A stretch of DNA of 64,000 nt from Octopus sinensis (GCF_006345805.1 NC_043000.1:54002001-54066000), one strand, 5' to 3'; counted from the first letter of the stretch, positions 40,698 through 54,502 are shown. Made by a program: numbers and translations. The notes: generated by a model not told the origin, from the letters alone.

Positions 40698-40862
40698 TGT
40701 CGGACTGGCAGTGTGAAGCGGCTGACCTCCCTTGTTCGAAGGTTATAATGGATACAGATCGTGTATCAATAGGTATCTTGATGGCGGTGGCCTCATGGAG
40801 CTGACCATGGCAGCGATTATTCTTATATCTATAAGAATGCCATATTAACATGGCGATAACAA

Positions 40863-40928
<66 letters not shown>

Positions 40929-41029
40929 CCTATATATATATGCACATATATATGTGGGGGGGGCGTGTGGGTGTGTATTGCTATATATGTATATACATAT
41001 TTCGAATATTATCGCGCAAATATGATACT

Positions 41030-41880
41030 AGCACGTATCTTTCCATGCTTTCCATAGGTCATTGTGTCATAGAGAATCCAGGATCTATCCTCCTCGTAGT
41101 TGCCCGCTTCTCACTTGCATATTGAGCACATACTTTATTGAAATAAACGGCTTCCATCCTACCCATTTCACTCTATGCCCTAATTTGACGTACTCGTTTA
41201 CTCCTCGATTTCATTGGCTTTCATCTCAATTCGACCTTGTGCTTCGTCTTCCGATTGTGTATATTTTGTTTCTATACGGATCATTCTAAAGTCTACTGCT
41301 TAGTTATGAGTGTTCTGTTCTGTCAACATAGTCTGCAGCTGATCTGTCATTTTAGCGATGAGTACAACGTCTTCTGCGAATCGGAAGTGTGTTAGTTCCC
41401 AACCCTTGAAGTTCACGCTTCCTGTCCAGCCAATGTCCCTAATGACTATGTCTAAACATGCGGTAAACGACTTTGGAGAGATACTAACTTCTTGCTTGAC
41501 ACCTTTCCTAAATGGAACCTTTACTGGTGCTCATAGTAGGACTATATTTCTTGTGCACACAGAATTAGCATCTCTTAGCAGTTTGATGTATAATCGCTCG
41601 ACGCTTTGCCTTTTTAGGAATATCAACACTGCAGTCATCTCAACGCTACAAGAACCGTTTCGAAATAAACAAAAGCTATACACAGATGTAACATGTACTC
41701 ACTCGTTTATTCTATGAGCAGTATTAGAGTGAATATGTAGTCTGCCGTACTATTGTTTCTACGGAAACCTGCTTGCCCTCTCCGTCGTTGGTAGTCCAGT
41801 TTTTCGATAATCTGGTGACTAGGACCTCTGTAAACAGCCGATAGAGGTGAGACAAGAGACATATAGGGCGATAAGTTTTT
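41030..41880 (-). mobile_element. RTE-clade LINE reverse transcriptase fragment
   Basis: LLSHLYRLFT, KGVKQEVSISPKSFTACL (compare RGVRQGD.ISP.LF) and THFRFAEDVVLIA (compare HLRFADD). Confidence 0.85.
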
Positions 41881-42094
41881 TTTTAATCTTCTTTGTAACT
41901 AATCTTATGAAACAAAATGGTATCTTATGAAATAAAATGGTCCTATAGGTTTAGGGTATCTAGCTAAGAGAGAAGTTTTCATTTCATCAAAAGATCGTAA
42001 ACCCGACATTTACAATAGACCAAGATGCAGACTAACAAACCCGCCTACGGCCGAACTAAGTTTAGCGAGCAAGACAAATTTAAGGAACATTAAT

Positions 42095-42315
42095 AATCCT
42101 TTCTGCCTTGGAAAAAAGGCTTGAAATTTTGGGTTGGGGATCTAGTCAATTACATCGACCTTAGTACTCGAATAGTACATATTTTATTGACCCTGAAAGG
42201 ATTAAATATAAAGGTCGACCTCGGCGAAATTTGAACGCACAACGTAAACAGAGACGAAATGCCGCTAAGAATGTTGCCCGTCGTGATAACGATTCAGCCA
42301 CATCGCAGCTTTAAG
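42095..42315 (-). mobile_element. SINE family A
   Basis: attacatcgacc, ttttattgaccctgaaaggat, ggtcgacctcggcgaaatttgaac and taacgattc. Confidence 0.85.
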
Positions 42316-42491
42316 GATCACAAATAATAGGATTAACCAATCCTCGAAGCTATTGGTACTTTAAACTCTTCGGTTGCATATTTGTGTGAATAAAATCGTT
42401 TTTCTTTGGAATAGAAAAAGTCTATCTTTATTTCTTCTTTTGCTGGTGTCTAAAATTTAGGTTAAATCAGTGTTTCTCGAAGAGGAGGCTT

Positions 42492-43306
42492 ATCCATATT
42501 TTTATTACTTTTTCTTTTGTCTTGCTCGATTACGTTTTGGTTGTTTTGCTAAGTTATTCTTGAGAACATTTCTTGGTGGTGAGACCGTAGCGGACCTATC
42601 TCTAGCATACGGGTGTCCACATAGTGGTTTCCCTCTAATATATATATATAATACAGTTTTAGTGAACCTTCATTTTTTTTATGCTAGACCACTGGTGTGA
42701 AATCGATGTTAATTAGATTAATATCTAATTTCTCACCCTTTTTTAAAATTTAAAATTAAATTAATAAATTCTCTAACCGGCAAAGGCCGTTGTAGTAAAG
42801 TATTATCTGCAGCATCAGTTTTTCCGGTAATTTAGCGCGCCAAAATGGGGACATTTGAAATAGTAGCAACGAGTGTAATGGGTAGGACTATTTTACAAGT
42901 CTGACTCTGTGTGAACGTCTTAGTATGCAGTCCTACACATTATATTCACCTTGGACGGTCGTACCGGTGATCTACGGACAATTACGTAAGTTACGTGAGT
43001 AAAATTGCGTAATTTGTTGATAGTGAAACATGTATACGAATAATCCATATTTTTATTAATTTCTCTTTTGTCTTGCTCGATTACGTTTTGGTTGTTTTGC
43101 TAAATTTTCTTCAGAACATTTCTTGGTGGTGAGACAGTAGCGGATCTATTTCTAGCATATGGGCGTCCACATAGTGGTTTCCCTCTAATATATATAATAC
43201 AGTTTTACTGAACCTTCAGTTTTTTTTTTGCTAGACCACTGGTTTGAAATCGATGTTAATTAAATTAATATCTAATTTCTCACCCTTATTTTAAATCTAA
43301 AATTAT
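42492..43306 (+). mobile_element. Partial-tandem non-coding element (~550-bp period, ~1.5 units) with a hammerhead motif at the junction
   Basis: 42492-42760 is repeated at 43043-43306. HHR-like motif at 42959-43039; homologous copy at 49280-49705 on the minus strand. Confidence 0.8.
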
Positions 43307-43634
43307 ATATATATACACATACATACATACATACATACATACATACATACATACATACATACATACACACATACATACATATACATTTGTGTGTGTTGAT
43401 ATGAGTGTGTGAGCAGGCTTAAAATATTCTCGTTTGATGTCTACAAATGTGAGTTGGAGTCTAAGCGCGTGCTGGAGACAACTAACTCAGTGTGCAGGGA
43501 TTTCAGATAGAATTGGACTCGTGTATTTTGCTTATTGAGTTTATGGCGAACATACGCACCAATTTTCTAATATCAGCCTTTCTAAATATGTATTTAATAT
43601 TACACAGGCCTTCATAACTTCTGAATACAAAACG

Positions 43635-43669
<35 letters not shown>

Positions 43670-46628
43670 TATAACGGCTATAATATTTGATGTTAGACAC
43701 TCATATATCACCGCGGACAGGAGACTCCAATAACATATGTGTGTATGTGTGTACATGCATACATATTTACAAACATATATGAGATTCTTTTCGGATATGA
43801 AAACAACGAATGCAATGCTCTCTGGTGAAAATGTAAAAATAACCAAACCGATTACATTATAAAGCCTTCGCTTAAACGAGCTACAGCTGGGAAAATGGTC
43901 CTCTCATATATTCTACCTCTATTGTATAAATTACTTATGTCTATTTTTCTTATAACCTTGACTGCGATGCATATCGTTTCAGACATATGTACATGCTGGA
44001 TGATTATAGCTTAGATGAGCGCGGTTTGCTTATCTTTAAATGAATGTTCGTTGAATATAACTCATTTACTCATTTGATGAAATAAAACTTAGCAGCTTCT
44101 AAAACAATATAAAAATTAACAGAATAACATTAATCCATTCAAAATCAAATGTTTTGTGCATGTTTCTCTTTAATATTTGATAACAGCACAAAGAAAGCAT
44201 CCTTCACCTAGTTAACGTTTAATCTCGAAATTCTGCATTTAGAGTAACCTTCATTAAATAAATAGGGATGTATTGATACATTGTGTGAATATATCTCGAA
44301 TCATATTGCCTACTGTTTATATACTTTCCTTTGTACATATTATCTATTAATTGTTATGAACATAGCATCTAATAATTTCTGTTTCCAATATATAATAACA
44401 GAATGCTTGAATAACTAACAGTATTTGTTATATTTAGATTATTCAATTGAACTGATAATAACAAAGCTATTAATAAAATGCTAAATTCTTAAAACATTGA
44501 ATTTTTAAAATTCCAAAGATTTTCATTTTGTAATTTTACCATGATATTGAATCGTAAGGAAATACTTTGGCTACTAATGGCTATTATATCGATTAATTTT
44601 CAAATGTTGAATACCATTTTGTTTGTTATTTTTTAATCATCCTCTCCTCATAAGCAGAAATTACGGTGCATTACATAATTTTCGATAGAAGGAACTATTG
44701 AATAGAATGACAAAATCGTTCTGAAAGCCAATACAGCAAGTGGCTAACGTTGATTGTTGTTACAGAAATAAATAAGAAAACATGCAAATATTTTTGAACA
44801 CAGGCCTTATGAAAATTAATTATACCAATATAATTTGAAGAACTATTTGTTTGCTCGTTTTTCATTGACACATGTAATGTACATGTTTTACAGTAAATAA
44901 AATCATTGTTGTTTGATTTGTGAAAAAAATCAAAACAAAACGAAATATACTACAATGAGTATTTTGAAATTCAGTAATAATTTCCGTATCTTTTAAGTTC
45001 CGAAATTCTTCCAGCTTGCGTATATCTTTCAAACAATTAACTACATCTGTGAATGTACAAAAAAAGTTAGTTTAATTATGATAAAAATATACTCGAACTG
45101 AAAGCAATCCCAGCAGTTCTACTAAGGCACCTTACGAAGATGTATTTTTAACTACTAGCCAGCTTAGATAAAGTAATTATATGAAAAACATTGAAATCCT
45201 TTTAGTTGTATCAAGAACTATATTGTCCTACGTAGTATATCTACCATTATGTAAGCAGATGTGTCATTTCAGCAACTTTAATGCTAGAAACAGATCATTG
45301 AAGCAACTTTTAATGCTAGAAGCAAGTCAACAATGATCTCCCAGAGAAGTTGTTTTGAAGGAAGATGGAACTGGGAGAAATTTACGGGACTAAGCAGATA
45401 ATGATAAAAGGTGAGGTGAGACCTTGACGAAGGACCGAGAAAGAAAGCTGGAGGCATAGAATATTGAATTATCCTTAAATTAGTGATAGGTTGAGATGTA
45501 CTGGTTTAGGAAACATTTGTTATTTCTAGTTGGAAAAGCGAATTCAGAGACGACTTCGCGATTGCCAGTATTACATTTTTATACATCAGCTGTACTGTGT
45601 TGCTATATATTTCGTTTCCTCTTACGAGCAACACCTCACCATTTTCAATTAGCTTCAAATCCGTTTGAAACACAGTTCGTATTCTATGTGGGTTGGTTTA
45701 TACTATAGATTAAGAAGCATATGGAGTATATAAATAAATGTATATATGATTCTCCAACGTTGATTTCTTATTAATATATATCTGTAGATATATATATATA
45801 AACATGTAATATTCCCTTATAAAATACTTGTATATATATATATGTGTATGTGTGTATGTCTCTGTGTGTCTGTGTGTGAATGTGTGTTCGTGTATGTGTG
45901 TGTGTGCGATGAGTTTAATATCATTGCCTTTTTAAAAAATGTGGATTAATGAAGGCGCGCACACACAACCACACGCACAAACACATACACAAATATATAA
46001 TATACATGGAAACAAAACTACCAAGTAGCACTCAAAAAATTTATAACTTTATCTAATATACTTTAGAGAGTTCGCCGCAGATAAATGTATTTAATCATAT
46101 GCAAGCATATGTTTATATACAATCAGGCACTTAACAATGACAGATTATATAATTAAATATTCAATATACTTAACATTAAATGATGTTTGTGAGGTACTAT
46201 TAATTTATTATGTGCATCTTTCACCTGCAAATAGAAAACTGCAGAAATAATACAAGCCTTGTATAGATTGGAAATGAAACTTATAAATTAAATGATGTTT
46301 GAATGTTAAACGGAGTGACATGTATGTGTATCATTTATGAAAGTAAATATGTATATTTTATTTCTGTTTCACATAAAAATTGGGAAAGATTTGCATCATT
46401 TCTGTATTTCAGAATTTCAGTATTTCCGTATTCTTGAAGAAAGAAATATGGATACACAAAAAAAATTTATACTAGCTCATACGTCTACATTAAATTTAAT
46501 ATGACACACATTCATACACATACACATGCACGCGCGCATATATATAATGAATGAATTCATTTATACATATATATGTGTTAGTATCTAGTGAAAAGGAGCT
46601 TAAAATACAAAGGACGAGGTACTGTTAA

Positions 46629-47015
46629 TCTATATATATAAAAGTGAAGTTGTCTGAGTGTCTGTCTCCTACGATTTAGATTCCTAACTACTCCCACATT
46701 TTGCGGTGCAGTTTAACCAAAAACGGATATCTTATAGTCGTGATTCATATAGAGCCCTTCTGGGTATTAGCGCGCGTCTACGATGAGTCCACGATTTTAA
46801 AAAAAAATTACCATCATTTTTTCCATTTTAATGTATTTTTTCGCTATTATATAAGGGAAGTAACTCTCTAAAAATGTCTACGATGAGTCAACGATTTAAA
46901 AAAAAACCATCATTTTTTATTCCATTTTTAATGCATTTTTTTGCTATAACTCTCTAAAAATGCTTATATAGTTATTTCCCTTACAAACCTGAGCAACGCC
47001 GGGCGATACTGCTAG
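46629..47015 (+). mobile_element. Non-autonomous Helitron
   Basis: 5' TC start (a|tctatatatataaaa), 3' CTAG|t, subterminal GC hairpin cctgagcaacgccggg, and an internal duplication of gtctacgatgagtc.acgattt. Confidence 0.85.
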
Positions 47016-48744
47016 TTCTATATAAACTTAGCGTAATAAAAGAGAATATCACCGCAAAAACGTTTCTGACTTTGGTACTCTTGAAAGCAGAAACAGAAAA
47101 ATACCAGAAGAAACAGTGTAGGAATTGATTAAAGAAAGAACAGATTTATAATTTAAAAAAACAAAGAATTTAAAGTACTGAATATTGAAATATGAAATAT
47201 ATGAGAACATAGCTCAGAGTGAGAATATCATTCAATGGTTATTCAGTGTGTGAATGTAAGTATTTAAAGTGTTCGTGCGTCAGAAAGCTGGTATAAATGG
47301 GTGGTGGGGCATAAGGCAGACATCTGTGTACGTGAGGTACTATTAATTTATTATGTGCATCTTTCATCTGCAAATATAGAACAGCAGAAATAATACAAGC
47401 TTTCTATAGATTGGAAATGAAACTTACAAATTATATCAGTGTATATCAGTGTAGATGTATGCATTCATGTAAATTTGGTGGTGTTGTTTGGGATGGTTGT
47501 GAGAATCATATGAATATCTAATTAATAAAATCATTGAATGAAAACGAGGGTATGGATGTGTATATGCTTGTGTGTGTGTGTGCAAGCGTGTGTGTTTATG
47601 TATTTGTGTGCGTGCGTGCTTGTGAAATTGTGTGTGTGTGGATGTGTAAATGTAATTAAATATGTCAATATAGATGTGTTCATTGGTGTGGAGTTGTAAA
47701 CACGTGTACAAGGCAAACGGCAGTGTCAGCGAGTCTGCGTCGAACAGTATTTTTGAAAGCGTTCTTTGGAGCATGTAAAAGTGAAGCAAAGACTGCAAAA
47801 TATATAAGTTACAAGAAAGAAGAAAACACTGATACGGTAAAATTCTATGATAAGTCATGTCAATTAGTTATATGATGGAGAAATTAGGAGGTAAAAATTA
47901 TAACCATATGAATCGAAATTAATACACACCACATCTAGCTTACCAAAGAACCAGACTAACAGACTCCTATCTCATCCGGATCGCTGACCTTAAATATCAT
48001 ATTACTCGCTTTCACAAACTATGTTCTTAACCTAACCCCGCCCCCTAGTGCCCACAACGGGCAATTTGGTTGGCCATTCTCCCATTTCGTAGTTAGCCTC
48101 GACAGTCGTCAACCACGTCCTGTCTGTATTTTTGGGTTATTCATTTGTTTGTAAAATTACGTTTCATCTGATGATTACGGTTTTTGTAATGAAGTTATGT
48201 TCTCATTCTTCTATTTAAAAAATGCGTTAGAAACAGCTGTAATGAGTTGACACCTATCCATCCTCTGTTATTCATTTGATCATATATATGTGTGTGTGAA
48301 CAATTAGGGAAATAACCCGGAAATCGCGATACACAGAAATTGTTTTTAGCTGAGTGGGGGTGCTATAATTACAGAGATCATGTCGTATATCCAGCTGGAC
48401 ACGATGTCCCCTGAGACTAAATTACAGCAACATTCGTCGTAAACCAGGACTGCCATGTTATGTTAGCAAGCAATCTTTACTACAAATGAAGTCTATTGAG
48501 TTCAACTGCCTTTCACAAGTTTAAACTATTGCCCTGCAGTTTGTCCTCTGAAAACCACTCTCCTGATTAAGTAGGCTGTGCTAGAGTCGGTGGTTAACAC
48601 ACTGATTGTCCGAACACTTGACAAGGATCACTTACTGACACGTTACCACTAGGTATAAATGTATGTATGTATGTATGTATGTATGGATGGATGGATGGAT
48701 GGATGGATGGATGAATAGATGTATATCTTCTATCTTTTTTTTAT

Positions 48745-49135
48745 ACATTCCAGTCACTGGAGTGCGGCCATGCTGGGGTACCGCATGCAGACGTTTTAGT
48801 CGAATAAAGCGACTTATTTTTCTAAAGGCCAAGTACTAATTCTATCAATTTCTTTCCCGCACTGCTAGGTTACAGAGATGTAAACACACGAACACCGGTT
48901 TTCAAGTGGTGGTGGGGACAAACATAAAGAAAACACACACACACACGCACGCAAACACACATACACACATACATACGACAGATCTTTTTCATTTTCCCTC
49001 TTCGAAATCCACTAACAAGGTTTTGGTCGGCTGGAATCTACAGTAGAAGACACCTGCCCAAAGTCTCACGCAGTGGGACCGAACGCGCAACCATATCTTT
49101 GGCAAGCAAGCCTCTTACTACACAGCTATGCCTAC
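48745..49135 (-). mobile_element. SINE family C, near full length
   Basis: tgcggccatgctgg tail, internal (CA)n, aaatccact.acaagg, gtagaagacac.tgcccaa and cacgcagtgggac.gaac head; homologs at 9555, 49780, 50088 and 54275. Confidence 0.85.
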
Positions 49136-49169
49136 GCTTACGCCATACCATCGCAACTGATCCTATGTC

Positions 49170-49263
<94 letters not shown>

Positions 49264-49279
49264 TATATAAATGCATAAA

Positions 49280-49705
49280 TATAAGAGGGAATTCTTTACC
49301 ACTAAGTGGAAAGCATTATGCTAGAAGATCCGCTATGGTCTTAACCACTAAGAGTCGTTCTCCAGAAAATTAAGCAAGAACAAGAAACGTAAGCGAGCAA
49401 GACAAATGAAAAGTATCTAAAATATAGGTGAATCATAAACAATTGTTTCACTATCAACAAATTACGTAATTTTACTTACACAATTTATCTGTAGATCTTC
49501 AGTATTATCGTCTATGCAAATTATGATTTGCAGAACTTCACGCCAGACACAAAGATGAGGACGAAAATGCATGCATTTCTACCTATTACATTTGTGGTTA
49601 TTTTCAAAAGTCTTCGTTTAGGCGCGCTAAATTACCGGAAATGATACTACATAAAATAATTCACTGCAGTAGCCTTTTGCCGGTTTGAGAACGTATTAAT
49701 TTTAC
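49280..49705 (-). mobile_element. Diverged copy of the 42492-43306 HHR-bearing element
   Basis: Shares aaacgtaa.cgagcaagacaaa, tttcactatcaacaaattacg.aattttact, ggcgcgctaaattaccggaaa and tttgccggtt in reverse orientation. Confidence 0.8.
49432..49509 (-). ncRNA. Type I hammerhead-like motif with intact core
   Basis: gataata-CTGAAGA-long stem II-GAAA-caattg-tt-tatgat. Confidence 0.6.
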
Positions 49706-49779
49706 TTATATATATATACATACATACATACAAAATACATACATATATGCATACATTCTTTTATTCTTTTATTGATTTC

Positions 49780-49870
49780 AGGCTACAGTAGAAGACACCA
49801 CCCCAATGAGTCACGCAGTGGGACTGAAACCGAAACCATATTGTTGGAAAGTCATCTACTCCTGTATGCC
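49780..49870 (-). mobile_element. SINE family C head fragment
   Basis: gctacagtagaagacac..cacgcagtgggactgaa..aaccat. Confidence 0.75.
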
Positions 49871-49882
49871 TGTGATATATAT

Positions 49883-49951
<69 letters not shown>

Positions 49952-50087
49952 ATTTGATCGTACGCAACATACGTAAACTATACCAGATTTGTGGTGATTT
50001 CATCCAAGGTGTATTGCTGCAATATGCTTGTTATTCAACCCATATTTAAATTTGGCGTTTAGTTAGAATGTATGCAAGGAAACCTAG

Positions 50088-50205
50088 AAGTAAGTACCAG
50101 GCTTTAAAAAATATACTGGGGTCGATTCATTCGACTAAAATTTTTAAACGCGTTGCCCCAGTATGGCCGCAGTCGAATGACTGAGAGAAGTAAATGATAA
50201 AACAA
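50088..50205 (+). mobile_element. SINE family C 3' fragment
   Basis: taagtaccaggcttt..ctggggtcgattcattcgact..gccccagtatggccgcagtc..tgactga. Confidence 0.75.
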
Positions 50206-52778
50206 ATGAAATACAAGGCAAGAAATACAAGGCAAATCCTCCATTAAATCATAAATTAAAGTTTTATATAAAGGAAAACGGATTGGAAATTGCAGTTTTT
50301 GATATACTACATCTGAATAAATGAAAACAATAATAACAAGAACAGCGCCTCCTATTACACACTTCTTATTCATCCACCAAATCGAAATTTGTAATAGACG
50401 ATGTAATTCTTTTCTTCCGTCTCAAATAAAATATTAGTATTCTTCAAACGATCACCAGAAATTTGAGTTAACTATTGGGGGACTAAACAAACGATAGTAA
50501 TCTAATTAGCGCCCCCGAAACTCCGATCTACTGTCTTCATCGCTCTGAACTACTATTAATTAATATTCCTGTAATGTAATTCTTTTGGTAATACTAGAAA
50601 ATGTTAATACATTACAAACATTGTGTTTAAAGTCACATAACATCCATGCCAAAATTGATAACAAACGAATTCATATCCGAGGCACCATTAAATTCATAGC
50701 ATCTGAAGCTAAATTACCTAATTACTATTCAAACAATCGGGAATAGAATGCGCTAATTAAAGTTATTGTCTTGAAAAGTACTTGATTTTACTGCTTGAAA
50801 ATAGAATATGGACGTGTTCACTTCGTTGACTGATTAATAAACGAAACAACAAGTGCATGCATAATATTATTAATTATGATAATTATAATTGTTCTTTTTG
50901 TTGTTGTTTATAATAATAATTAATATTTCATTCATTGGCCACTAGGGCCAACATATAGGGAACAATCCAGTAGACGGGAACAATGGGTTTTTTACATGAA
51001 ACAACGAGTAAACAGTTTAGAAAACAATAGCAAAAAACATTAAAAAAGAAAAGTATTACAATGAGATTTCTTCAGTAGGAGGTATAAACACTCAGGGTTG
51101 GCTCAGGCACCACACCAATCCTAAACCACCCGACTCTTCGAGGGTACTCGGAAAGGGTACAGCTCTCCTCTTCAAATTCACCAGCCTGTTACATACTAAA
51201 TCAAAATCATGTCTCCCTTTATGGCTTATGTGTAATGTTTTACTGAATAGATTCGTCTGAACCGGCAACATTTGTGCATGTCGAATGACATTTCAGTGAC
51301 GAGCACCAACATTTTTTTCTAGAGCCTCGGCTAAATAACTTAATTCTTTCAGCTCAATTCCTGATCTCAAATTCTCAATAAGTAAGCGTCCGCCTTGTTC
51401 GATCTTTTCTCAGATACTCAATACGCTATATATTTATAAACGGGGATTCCACCAGTCAAGTGCCCATTCCGATAGATCTCTGCAACCATAGAAGCATATC
51501 GCAATAAATTCACAAAGAAATTCCACCTATTTTGTTCCAATTTAAGACAGGCTGTGAAGGTAACCTTCAAAGCCATCTGGCTTTACTCCGTCATACTTCC
51601 TGAAGAGTTAAGCAAGGCGTTATGGAATCTGACATACTGTACGCATTCCGTCTATGTCTGTATTGTGGATGAACCTACTGCGACGCAATTATGCTGACAT
51701 AGCCTACTAAGCGTCTTTAGTTATTCGTACCGTAACCTAGGCACGCATTAGGTTTCACACAAGCCACCGATCGTTTTTCATGTCGAATAACAATCGACAT
51801 GATATGCCCTTTGTTATACAAAGACACTTCTATCAATCTCTTCTAAATTAGCAATGAATCCCATCTTTTATGTAATCCCAAATATCTGTTAAGATGTTAG
51901 GTTTATAAGTTAAACTAGAAAGTGTCTATATAATACATTATTGTGTTGATGAAGATTTGCAACCTGGCTGTGCACAATAAATGAGAAATATAAAAAATAG
52001 ACGTAACCTATCCTCAAAAATAACAGAATAAGAAATAGAAGCAATAATCATTGCAAGGATTTTAAGCAAATGAAAATATTTCTAGAGATCGAGAGTACCT
52101 ACAAACTATAAAGATAGGAAAATAAAAATGAGAAGGCGCCAATGTTATTTTGTCTAGTTGTATTTCTACAGATATATTTATGCTATTATCATGTACAAGC
52201 AATTGATCTCAAACAATATTAACGTTCTACATTCTTTTCATGTTTCTGGCTTTTATGCTTCTTTAGTGTATTCGTATATATTTATGAGGATTCTATATTG
52301 CACTGTAGAGTACTGCACATGTTAATTCTTCATGTGACTGCACGTGTCCTCTTAGCAATGACATTAGTAATTCAGGTTGGTAGTCACTGTACAAAGCAAA
52401 ACACTGGAATCAGGTATAAAATAAAAATTCACTTCTGAAACAGGTAACCTTTCTCTTTGCAAAACTTAGTCAACGATTGTAATTCTTCAATGCATCTATT
52501 TATAAGTTGTACGTAGTTACTTTTGGCAACAAATATTAATCTTCTGAGAAATATAACGATGAAACAAGCGTTTTACGACTCGATAGACAAATGTGATACA
52601 ACTGCAGCTTCTACGAAGTTATTTGTTTTATTTTATTTTAATTTTTGTCATAACTATAGATTACGTCCTTGATTAAAGAAGCTTCTAAAATATAACTAAT
52701 GAAGAAAAGGAAAATTTATTAACAAAATTAAAACCTACAAAACTTGCACATGTACATACGTATATACACACAAGTACA

Positions 52779-52851
<73 letters not shown>

Positions 52852-52914
52852 ATGTATCTATATACATACATACACGAACATACACGCACGCACTAGCACA
52901 CATATATATTTATA

Positions 52915-53486
52915 ATCTTCTAGATACTTTCAAACAAAATTACTAACATAAACAATTTATTAAAGCTTAATTATTCGGAAATATTTAAGATATCTGCATA
53001 TGTGAATGATCATTGTGATAGTGACGCTATATTTGAATCAATTACACTAATTAAGTACCAGTATTTCACAAATCTTATGGAAATTGTGGTCAATGTACTT
53101 CGTTGCTGTTTTATTCTTACTTGTGTTATATAATATTATAGGAGTGATTCGAAAGCGAATCGCTTGGGTAGCCGGTCATACATTACCATTGAGCAACAGT
53201 ATCTTCTAGATACTTTCAAACAAAATTACTAACATAAACAATTTATTAAAGCTTAATTATTCGGAAATATTTCAGATATCTGCATATGTGAATGATCATT
53301 GTGATAGTGACGCTATATTTGAATCAATTACACTAATTAAGTACCAGTATTTCACAAATCTTATGGAAATTGTGGTCAATGTACTTCGTTGCTGTTTTAT
53401 TCTTACTTGTGTTATATAATATTATAGGAGTGATTCGAAAGCGAATCGCTTGGGTAGCCGGTCATACATTACCATTGAGCAACAGT
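52915..53486. repeat. Near-perfect tandem duplication of a 286-bp unit
   Basis: 52915-53200 matches 53201-53486; I found one substitution (tttaaga/tttcaga). Confidence 0.95.
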
Positions 53487-54274
53487 AGATTCACGTGATC
53501 GATGTACTCGTATTAAGCAAAAAATCAGTATGAGGTCATTGCGTGATTTAATCGTCTGGAATTTTCTTTCTATTACCCTATAAAACGCCGCTTTTGGCGA
53601 TAATTTCTGAATATTGAGGCAGCTGCGTGCTGTACCTTTTCTCACCATAGCCAGACAGTCAAGACATATGTCATATGGTCGACAGATATCTCCGTCACCA
53701 AGAACACAACACAATAGTCTTCAGTTATGAAGGGCCAGCCAGAAATTGCTACATCAGTAAACTTGCTGTAAATACCAAGCAGTATGTCTCGCCTCGTTTA
53801 TAATTATTGCTGCTATAATTTGTAAAAGACCAATATGTTTAAACTCGATGTGCAATGATATCTTCTTTCAACTGTTCACGGATGGTGTCAGTTACTTCTT
53901 CACGCAGCCCAAGAAATATTTTCAGACGACTCTATTAGTCATCAACTCATATCAACCAACACACCACTCAATAAACAATAAACAATATTTTGCGATAATA
54001 TATAATCTTAGTTTGTTTTCCCTTTGGGATTTATTTTCAATTAGTTACTAATGACATTCCAATATTACTAAAATGGTCTGAGCTTTGCACCAACGTGTAT
54101 GTAGTATAAACAAAAGCAGACTATTTTCGTTGCAAGCTTGCATATTTATTCTGAAGCAGCGTTACGTAACTTATTTTTCTTAGTAATTATATTGCAATAA
54201 GATAAGTACACATAGGTGCTGGCATGTGTAAATATGCATATATTTCAGTACACATTGTTTGTTTATGTTTTATC

Positions 54275-54502
54275 TTTTACTTGTTTTAGCCATTGGACTG
54301 TGTCCATGTTTAGGCACCGCCTTGAAGGGTTTGGTCAAAGACATCGACGCTAAACATCTATATTTTGAAGTCTGGTGCTTATTTTATTAGCATCTATTTG
54401 CAGAACTGGAACGTAAAGAAACCAACTACAGTCAAGTGCTGGTGACACACCACACACACACACACACATATATATATATGTATGTATATATATATATATA
54501 TA

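Noticed and set aside
50915-51870. Second Tx1-like LINE body on the minus strand
   Set aside because: Only the extreme 3' tail resembles 4390-4440; I could not recover convincing protein motifs.
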